Source of the DNA: an uncultured virus (IMG/VR IMGVR_UViG_3300008107_000208) | Taxonomy: Duplodnaviria > Heunggongvirae > Uroviricota > Caudoviricetes | IMG/VR virus record: IMGVR_UViG_3300008107_000208 | Location: 57,206 to 77,205 of that record | Strand: one strand, 5' to 3' | DNA length: 20,000 nucleotides | Shown here: positions 14,182 to 20,000 of the stretch, piece after piece | Layout of the letters: each line of letters begins with the position of its first letter | How positions within the stretch are numbered: position 1 is the first letter of the stretch | Program-made: the position numbers and the translations under genes | Notes under the pieces: generated by a model | Databases searched by the model: none | Seen by the model: only the letters and a program-made list of their open reading frames with translations | What the model was told of the DNA's origin: nothing

Positions 14182-14378
14182 CCTACGAAGAGTTTATTCA
14201 CAAAGGCACTGAGTTCTATATGGAAATGGTGCGTCTTGTTGATACTAAACTTAAATATCGTATGGACTTTACTGATGAGGAGAAGGAAATAAAAGATCAC
14301 ATTATGGAGTTTCAACATAATGTTAAAATCAATGAGTTGAGAGATAAGTTCCAAAAATGCTGGGAGATTGAAGAATGA
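14178..14378 (+). CDS. Hypothetical protein
   Basis: ATGA-coupled on both sides. Confidence 0.7.
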   Translation: MTYEEFIHKGTEFYMEMVRLVDTKLKYRMDFTDEEKEIKDHIMEFQHNVKINELRDKFQKCWEIEE

Positions 14379-14962
14379 ATGACGAAGACAAGAAACTGAT
14401 AGAAGCATTTCCTGTTCCAGTATCACATATTTCAAACTTCATCAATGATGAAGAAAGGGTAAGATTGTGTGACAAACTAAAAAATGCAAAGTATCATCAA
14501 CATTCAGCACTGTCTGGTGACGCTTCTTCTACACACTACTACAAGAAAGAAATCAATAAGGACTTAGGTAAACAGTTACTGAACCGTTTAGAGCAGTCTG
14601 TAAATGAGTATGGTAAGATATTTGGTTTGCCACCTCTTAAGATTTTTAATACCTGGGCAAATATACAGAACTCTAATAGTGTATTGAAGTATCATACGCA
14701 TCCAAATGCTGAAGTTTCTGGTGCTTTGTACTTAAATATAACTGAAGAGGGGGGAAAACTAAACTTCTCAACACCAAACCCATATATTTCAAACCAGTTC
14801 TACTTGGAGAGAAACTGGTACAACTATGAAACTTTTTGGATACAACCAAAGAATTGTGACCTAATACTATTTCCTGGTTGGTTGAAACATGGTTCCTTTG
14901 ATAATAGTATGGATAACCGAATAGTTGTTAGTTTTAATGCAATATCGCATGTATTTGTATGA
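14375..14962 (+). CDS. Putative 2OG-Fe(II) oxygenase (TIGR02466-like)
   Basis: FPVPV start, WANI, HTHPN..VSGALY, LILFPGWLKHG, RIVVSFN. Confidence 0.85.
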   Translation: MNDEDKKLIEAFPVPVSHISNFINDEERVRLCDKLKNAKYHQHSALSGDASSTHYYKKEINKDLGKQLLNRLEQSVNEYGKIFGLPPLKIFNTWANIQNSNSVLKYHTHPNAEVSGALYLNITEEGGKLNFSTPNPYISNQFYLERNWYNYETFWIQPKNCDLILFPGWLKHGSFDNSMDNRIVVSFNAISHVFV

Positions 14963-15150
14963 AAAATGTTATAATTTTATCACTCTGTTTTTTACCCCTT
15001 TTTACGATATGGTTAGTGATGAAACTCTCAGTATGGATTGCTACTGTTAATATGGAGCAGAAGTATGTCAGAGATGACGCCAAACGACCACACGGACCTT
15101 ATGTGGAAGACCCATATGGAGACTCTGATGAGGAAGGCGAAGATTATTGA
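14959..15150 (+). CDS. Small membrane protein
   Basis: N-terminal hydrophobic helix, acidic tail; coupled start. Confidence 0.65.
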   Translation: MKNVIILSLCFLPLFTIWLVMKLSVWIATVNMEQKYVRDDAKRPHGPYVEDPYGDSDEEGEDY

Positions 15151-15283
15151 AACAAAAGAAATAATTGAGCAGGCAATCTGGCAGTGGTATTTTGAGCGTG
15201 GTCTTGATGTTCCTAACTGGAAAATGCAGAAAGATCCTGATTGGTGGACTGATTACTTGAGAGAGCTTGACAATGAAGATTAA
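15128..15283 (+). CDS. Small Trp-rich hypothetical protein
   Basis: Most plausible start is ATG 15128, giving the smallest overlap. Confidence 0.6.
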   Translation: MRKAKIIETKEIIEQAIWQWYFERGLDVPNWKMQKDPDWWTDYLRELDNED

Positions 15284-15295
15284 AGACCCTATAAT
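15267..15295 (+). promoter_or_regulatory. Sigma70-type promoter, perfect consensus
   Basis: TTGACA (15267-15272), 17 nt, TATAAT (15290-15295). Confidence 0.88.
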
Positions 15296-15317
15296 ACCTA
15301 GCAAATACTCTATCGTC

Positions 15318-15518
15318 ATGGACTACAAACCCTACAGTATGGAATGGAGTCGGAGGAGATATCTTTCCGAAGCAATCCAACAATACTTTGATACTGATGC
15401 TCCAGTGGATGTAATCCTGGACGATATTGTGGATGTGCTTGGACAAAATGTTGCGGAGCATAAGACCCGTGCCGATAAGTTTCAAGAAGTTATTGACGGT
15501 TTAAAATCTATTTCTTAA
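15318..15518 (+). CDS. Hypothetical protein
   Basis: First ATG downstream of the promoter (MDYKPYSMEW...). Confidence 0.7.
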   Translation: MDYKPYSMEWSRRRYLSEAIQQYFDTDAPVDVILDDIVDVLGQNVAEHKTRADKFQEVIDGLKSIS

Positions 15519-15519
15519 T

Positions 15520-15663
15520 ATGACTCCTGAACAACAAACCCTGCTGGAAACAGTAGCAGAAGAACTTGGTGGAAAACTTTACACCGTTCTTGTAACTGAT
15601 AAGTATAAAGAGCACAAGAAAATTGTGATTGAATATGCTGAACAAAAACGACAAGGTAATTGA
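15520..15663 (+). CDS. Small hypothetical protein (47 aa; absent from ORF track)
   Basis: MTPEQQTLLETVAEELGGKLYTVLVTDKYKEHKKIVIEYAEQKRQGN; fills the gap between ORFs. Confidence 0.65.
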   Translation: MTPEQQTLLETVAEELGGKLYTVLVTDKYKEHKKIVIEYAEQKRQGN

Positions 15664-15814
15664 ACTTCGTCTCTATTCTCCTCACAAGTGTGACTTTATT
15701 TGTGAGAGAGAAGACGGCACACATTATCTTTATGTGAAGCGTGACTGGATTGGTTATTATGAACTCCATCGTAATGGAAAGCAGTGGATTTGTGGTGAAA
15801 AGATATGTCTTTGA
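15635..15814 (+). CDS. Hypothetical protein
   Basis: ATG 15635 lies in the listed ORF; contiguous gene packing. Confidence 0.55.
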   Translation: MLNKNDKVIELRLYSPHKCDFICEREDGTHYLYVKRDWIGYYELHRNGKQWICGEKICL

Positions 15815-15993
15815 CTGAAAAAGATAAAATCTTTCGTGATGTTTGGCAATGTGCCTATCAAAGGCGATACAATGCTATGTGTAAAGGTGACTGGGAATTG
15901 TATGCTCGTGAACATCAAACAATTCGGATGTGCCTTAAAATAGCAAAATGGACTTATTTTGATACAGAAAAAACAAACTACCTAAGACAATGA
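15805..15993 (+). CDS. Hypothetical protein
   Basis: Contiguous packing; ATGA coupling downstream. Confidence 0.65.
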   Translation: MSLTEKDKIFRDVWQCAYQRRYNAMCKGDWELYAREHQTIRMCLKIAKWTYFDTEKTNYLRQ

Positions 15994-16211
15994 CCGAACT
16001 CACACTACTCACATTACTTAATTTTGTTGCTGGTGACTTCTGTGCTGCGAAAGCACAGGGTATGGATACTCTTAAGTCTGTTCTTATTGCCTATTCCAAA
16101 GCAAATGATAAGTTTGGTGGGAATAATGTGAGGAAAGTTATTAACAAATCTCCTGCGATTGAAGTCACTGCCCTTGCTGTTGTTGCTACTAAATGCCCTA
16201 ACCTGCTGTGA
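15990..16211 (+). CDS. Hypothetical protein (possible signal peptide, two Cys)
   Basis: Hydrophobic N-terminus; FC...CP pair. Confidence 0.65.
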   Translation: MTELTLLTLLNFVAGDFCAAKAQGMDTLKSVLIAYSKANDKFGGNNVRKVINKSPAIEVTALAVVATKCPNLL

Positions 16212-16226
16212 TTTGGAGAAAATCTA

Positions 16227-16619
16227 ATGGGAATGTTTGACTGGGTGAAGAGTAGTTATCCCCTACCAGAACCTTTCATGGATATAAACCAAACCAAAGA
16301 TATTGAGGAAGGTTATAGTGGAACCATGACTCACTTCTGGATAGATCCTGCTGGTTATTTGTGGTGTGGTGATTATAAAGGAACTTCTACATTTGAGGTT
16401 ATTGAAAAAGATGATCCACGATATAATGATAAACATCTTTTCTTAAACTATGAGTGGATACCTACAGGAAAGCACGGTAAGTTTGCTGTTCACATTATTA
16501 CAAAATACATTGAAATATACCCAGAACAATGGAAGGGTAAATGGGAAGATTGGCCTAGGTTGAAACTTCACTTCAAACATGGTAAACTACAAGACTATGA
16601 GGATGTAACAGGACGATGA
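16227..16619 (+). CDS. Hypothetical phage protein (MGMFD-type N-terminus)
   Basis: GGAG RBS; MGMFD...QTKD pattern. Confidence 0.8.
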   Translation: MGMFDWVKSSYPLPEPFMDINQTKDIEEGYSGTMTHFWIDPAGYLWCGDYKGTSTFEVIEKDDPRYNDKHLFLNYEWIPTGKHGKFAVHIITKYIEIYPEQWKGKWEDWPRLKLHFKHGKLQDYEDVTGR

Positions 16620-16888
16620 CTCTATTTCAATTTAAGCACCATTATGACTTTGGGCATGACTTTTATATTCAGGTTTTAAATCTAAAGAAATGGTCACTGC
16701 TTCAACTATCTGTTAGTTGGAATGATTATCCATCTTGGCCTTATCTACAAGTCACATTTGGTTCTAATGGTTTGTTCTCCATTCTGTTCTGGGCATATAA
16801 GTTTGGATTGGATGTAGATATTCTTTCACGCACCTGGAATTGGAACTACTTGGAGAATGTAGATGAGCAGGAAGTTGACTTGGATTGA
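16616..16888 (+). CDS. Hypothetical aromatic-rich protein
   Basis: ATGA coupling. Confidence 0.65.
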   Translation: MTLFQFKHHYDFGHDFYIQVLNLKKWSLLQLSVSWNDYPSWPYLQVTFGSNGLFSILFWAYKFGLDVDILSRTWNWNYLENVDEQEVDLD

Positions 16889-17189
16889 GTATTATTTTGG
16901 GCATTGCTTCCAAACTGGTTGGAGGGAGATGTGGAACAACTTTAAGATGTGGAGAGACCTCATCAGTGGAAACTATGAGGGTTATGCTCTCTTGGAGGAA
17001 GATGATCCTTATGAAGAGTGTTATCAATGGTTCTGGACTTCCATCAACCTAGATGAAACTTATCCAAAAGAGTTTCTTGAATATCTCCAACAACTTGTAG
17101 ATGATATTGATAGTGGTAAAGTCAAGACATATCCTTTAGGAGATGTTATGGGAGAGTTGAAGAAGTTGATAGAGGAAAATGAGGAATAG
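16863..17189 (+). CDS. Hypothetical protein
   Basis: GGAG RBS; 108 aa. Confidence 0.7.
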   Translation: MSRKLTWIEYYFGHCFQTGWREMWNNFKMWRDLISGNYEGYALLEEDDPYEECYQWFWTSINLDETYPKEFLEYLQQLVDDIDSGKVKTYPLGDVMGELKKLIEENEE

Positions 17190-17316
17190 AATTATATTGA
17201 TACTACCATTTCTCCAGTTTATCATTGCTGGTGTGACGCTTTGGAAACTGGACCAAGGGCAACCAATTTTGGTCTGTATGCCCTATAATACTTACATGAT
17301 CTGCCGCCCCCAATGA
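17179..17316 (+). CDS. Small putative membrane peptide (45 aa; absent from ORF track)
   Basis: MRNRIILILPFLQFIIAGVTLWKLDQGQPILVCMPYNTYMICRPQ; GAGG RBS; ATGA overlap with ORF 17313. Confidence 0.5.
   Translation: MRNRIILILPFLQFIIAGVTLWKLDQGQPILVCMPYNTYMICRPQ
17235..17289 (+). promoter_or_regulatory. Early-type promoter (GAAACTGG motif plus -10)
   Basis: GAC..TT..GAAACTGG, then TATAAT 38 nt after the start of AACTG, the same spacing as at 11526/11564. Confidence 0.6.
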
Positions 17317-17711
17317 CCTACAAAGCAACTCTAAAAGTTTCTTTCGATACTGAATGGACTTCCACCCATTACAGCAGCGGTTTTGATGATATGATGCTCC
17401 CCGAAGAGCATTATACTTTTCAGGTTCCTGCTGAAGACCTTAACACTTATCAACTGTTTACCTTTTTCGCAACTGTTGCCCGTGCAATGGGTCACGATGA
17501 CCTCAACATTATGAAAGGTGCTTGTGCTCTTGCATTCGGTGAACACCGAAAAGAAGAAGATATGCGTAAGGTTGCTGATGAGTTTGAACTGACTTTGGGT
17601 GAAGACCTGAGGAAGAAGTTTGATGATATGCAACAGGCAGATGCAGAGTGGGAACGCCTTAAAAAAGGTCCTATGGGTACTGCCCTGACTGATGAGGAGG
17701 AGGCAGAATGA
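17313..17711 (+). CDS. Hypothetical protein
   Basis: 132 aa directly downstream of the promoter. Confidence 0.8.
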   Translation: MTYKATLKVSFDTEWTSTHYSSGFDDMMLPEEHYTFQVPAEDLNTYQLFTFFATVARAMGHDDLNIMKGACALAFGEHRKEEDMRKVADEFELTLGEDLRKKFDDMQQADAEWERLKKGPMGTALTDEEEAE

Positions 17712-17914
17712 CTTACGATGATCTCTACTGTCATGTGGTAAACTATGTTGCTATGCCTCATACTACCATCACAGAGCATGACAAACGCCGTGCTTGTCTC
17801 ATTCTAGGAGCATTCATGGAGTTTATTATGGATTGTACTGATGCTGGTATTGATCCACGCACACTTGATATGACTGGTATTATGAATGAGAAACTTGATG
17901 AGATTGGAGCATGA
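17708..17914 (+). CDS. Hypothetical protein
   Basis: GGAGG RBS, ATGA coupling. Confidence 0.75.
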   Translation: MTYDDLYCHVVNYVAMPHTTITEHDKRRACLILGAFMEFIMDCTDAGIDPRTLDMTGIMNEKLDEIGA

Positions 17915-18135
17915 CTAAAAACTACCGCATCAAAAAAATAACAGACGGACACTCAACCAGATACTATCCACAACACAAAAGATTTGGATTGTTTTGGTAT
18001 AATCTATTTGTAGATGAATATAGGGATGGTGATTATGATACATTTGAACAAGCACAGTATCACCTTTGTAACTATTTGAGAGAACCTGCGGTAGAATATT
18101 TGTCCTTTGATTGTGATTGTGGAGAACCCCAGTGA
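17911..18135 (+). CDS. Hypothetical protein
   Basis: GGAG RBS, ATGA coupling; YRIKK...YYPQ pattern. Confidence 0.75.
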   Translation: MTKNYRIKKITDGHSTRYYPQHKRFGLFWYNLFVDEYRDGDYDTFEQAQYHLCNYLREPAVEYLSFDCDCGEPQ

Positions 18136-18362
18136 CTGACGAACAAATTCAAATGCTCCGCCGTCTCATTCAAGATGAGATTGAGGTTGCTGGTGTTGAT
18201 GGTATGGAACATGGTGTATGGGGTTGGATGGATAGTCAATTAGACAAACGCTGGAAAGAGTTTCAAGAGAGTTTCATTCCTCCAGACATTTCAACCATTG
18301 GTTCAGATTTGCTGGATGCATTTCATGACCGTGCAATCAATTCCAAGAATAAAAATGAATGA
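18132..18362 (+). CDS. Hypothetical protein
   Basis: GTGA-coupled start at 18132 after GGAG. Confidence 0.65.
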   Translation: MTDEQIQMLRRLIQDEIEVAGVDGMEHGVWGWMDSQLDKRWKEFQESFIPPDISTIGSDLLDAFHDRAINSKNKNE

Positions 18363-18729
18363 TGATATGCCCTGGATTGATCTCACACCAGAAGAAGTCC
18401 AAGAACTCCGCACCAAGAAACAAGAACTCACAGAATACGGCAAACAGAAACTCCGCAAACTTATGAATGAAGAACAACTAACAGAAAAAGAAAATAAAGT
18501 TCTAGACATCGCAAAGAACTTGATGGAGGAAAACAAAGAAGCATTCCAACATCTTGCTGCGATTGAAAGGAAGGAGTTTGCTGAAAAGGATTTTGAAGAC
18601 CTCACCAGAGATCAAAAGATCCAACTAGCATTGGAAGAAATTGATTGGATTGTGATTGGTGGGCAAGATGGTGAAGAGTTTTATGGTTCTATTCAGTTTC
18701 TTCGTAAAGTATTGAGGAGTCTACGATGA
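18355..18729 (+). CDS. Hypothetical helical/coiled-coil protein
   Basis: ATG 18355 overlaps the upstream stop; E/K-rich. Confidence 0.7.
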   Translation: MNDDMPWIDLTPEEVQELRTKKQELTEYGKQKLRKLMNEEQLTEKENKVLDIAKNLMEENKEAFQHLAAIERKEFAEKDFEDLTRDQKIQLALEEIDWIVIGGQDGEEFYGSIQFLRKVLRSLR

Positions 18730-18911
18730 GTCGCTTCACCGAAAACCCCGACGAAATTGTACTCCAAGACATTCAAATGTTTCACCTGGAAAGTATGAAT
18801 GAACGCACTCTTTGGATTGGTGTGTATACCGAAGATGATAAAATCTATCACTTGAATATTTCTGCGGATGGTGATAAACTGAGGTACTATTGGAGTGATG
18901 AGACACCGTGA
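18726..18911 (+). CDS. Hypothetical protein
   Basis: GAGGAG RBS, ATGA coupling. Confidence 0.75.
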   Translation: MSRFTENPDEIVLQDIQMFHLESMNERTLWIGVYTEDDKIYHLNISADGDKLRYYWSDETP

Positions 18912-19066
18912 GTAGTAAAACTTATCTACAATATGTGGCGATTCCAGCACTTGCGTTTTTCGTTTCGGCACTTGTGTCCTATAATCTAACACCAGACAGA
19001 ACTCCTCAACATACTTCTACAGTTGTTGGGTCTTCTGGTGATCTTAAATGCACTACCATACGATAG
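18908..19066 (+). CDS. Small membrane protein (52 aa; absent from ORF track)
   Basis: GTGA-coupled start; MSSKTYLQYVAIPALAFFVSALVSYNL... contains a TM-like segment. Confidence 0.55.
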   Translation: MSSKTYLQYVAIPALAFFVSALVSYNLTPDRTPQHTSTVVGSSGDLKCTTIR

Positions 19067-19214
19067 ACACAACTATAAGTTGGTTTATAGTAATGGACAG
19101 GAAGTTTTCTTTGAAGAGTATATTGATGTTCAGGCAGCATGGTTTCAGACTCCATCGGACTTTGTAAGTCATATAGAAGTTCTTGATAAAAAGAAGAGCA
19201 AGGGGTTCAAATGA
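19038..19214 (+). CDS. Hypothetical protein; start uncertain
   Basis: PYDRHNYKLV...HIEVLD...KGF. No in-frame ATG; GTG 19038 or TTG 19023 possible. Confidence 0.55.
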   Translation: MILNALPYDRHNYKLVYSNGQEVFFEEYIDVQAAWFQTPSDFVSHIEVLDKKKSKGFK

Positions 19215-19405
19215 TTTCTATCTTTGACTTATTTCATGATGAGCGTAGATACGGTTGGGTTGTAGACAAACGCTACGACTGGATCAATATGCTCTCTAAA
19301 ATGAAACAGAATAATCCACACCGTTTCAAGGAGTTTAAATATTCTGAAGCAAGCATTTATCACCACATAGATAGATTGCAACAAGAGCAAAACCTCTACG
19401 ACTAA
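19211..19405 (+). CDS. Hypothetical protein
   Basis: ATGA and TAATG coupling. Confidence 0.7.
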   Translation: MISIFDLFHDERRYGWVVDKRYDWINMLSKMKQNNPHRFKEFKYSEASIYHHIDRLQQEQNLYD

Positions 19406-19878
19406 TGAGCGAAGTTCATTTCAAGAAGCATAGAGTTTTTCGTGAAACAGAAGCAGTTGTTTTCTACGATATCTCTGTGGATGGTTCTAATGCCCAAGAT
19501 CTTGTCTGTCACACTGGACCAGCAATCTCACCACCAGATGATATTGTAGGTGCAAAACAATTTTATATTCACTATCACCAGATTGACCACAATCGTGTTC
19601 TATCTGGTGTTCGCACATTTGAACTTGTGAATACGGAATGGAGATATCCCTATCACATTGTTCATCTGAATCGTTCTTCTGGTGCTCTGGTGATTCCTAA
19701 AATGACTTTCCATCGTTCATACTCTGGTGAAGATGGTTCTATTGTAATCAACCAGGCAATTCGTGATGATGAGTTTAATCCAGAGACAGAGTTTGTCCCC
19801 ATATCAGCAGCAAAGAATCCAGACTTATATCATATTCTTGCCCACGAAAAACCAGTTATTCATACTCTAGGAGAATAG
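19405..19878 (+). CDS. Cupin-fold protein (RmlC-like superfamily)
   Basis: Cupin motif 1 (YIHYHQIDHNRVLSG) and motif 2 (LVIPKMTFHRS). Confidence 0.65.
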   Translation: MSEVHFKKHRVFRETEAVVFYDISVDGSNAQDLVCHTGPAISPPDDIVGAKQFYIHYHQIDHNRVLSGVRTFELVNTEWRYPYHIVHLNRSSGALVIPKMTFHRSYSGEDGSIVINQAIRDDEFNPETEFVPISAAKNPDLYHILAHEKPVIHTLGE

Positions 19879-19879
19879 T

Positions 19880-20000
19880 ATGGAATTTAGAGCAGATCAG
19901 TGGCGTCTCATTCAGACTGCTGTTCGTAGGTATCAAGTTGAGAAATGTCTCAACAATACCGCAGAGTATTGGGAATGTAGTGCCGTGCTTGACGAAATAT
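19880..20000 (+). CDS. Hypothetical protein, 3'-truncated by window edge
   Basis: AGGAG RBS; MEFRADQWRLIQTAVRRYQ... open to the end. Confidence 0.65.
   Translation, partial: MEFRADQWRLIQTAVRRYQVEKCLNNTAEYWECSAVLDEI

Noticed and set aside
12939..18992. Minus-strand ORFs in the small-gene region
   Set aside because: The plus strand is already tiled by coupled ORFs with RBSs and promoters.

Overview
Fragment of a T4-like cyanophage (Kyanoviridae-type myovirus) genome; every credible gene is on the + strand. This assignment is inferred from ATAAATA late promoters, consensus sigma70 promoters, tRNAs, 2OG-Fe(II) oxygenases and dense small ORFs. Layout: (1) 1-1641, an AT-rich accessory island with a partial hypothetical gene, a 2OG-Fe(II) oxygenase and a sulfotransferase-like gene. 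(2) 1655-2582, an RNA-rich locus with a promoter-to-terminator ~100-nt sRNA candidate that has mutually exclusive folds, a second perfect promoter, a small ORF, an unlisted Phd/YefM-fold ORF, three tRNAs (atypical Ile-UAU, CAU, short-arm Leu-UAA) and a structured spacer RNA with complementary loops. (3) 2616-11447, a late tail module: a 1749-aa fibre with an S74 chaperone, a 549-aa fibre, a gp38-like Gly-rich adhesin with an 8-Cys insert, and a Cys-rich small protein. (4) 11444-20000, an early/middle-type region with an SF2 helicase, a glutaredoxin-like protein, a second 2OG oxygenase, a cupin and about 30 small hypothetical ORFs. All calls come from reading the sequence by eye; no database searches or folding programs were run.
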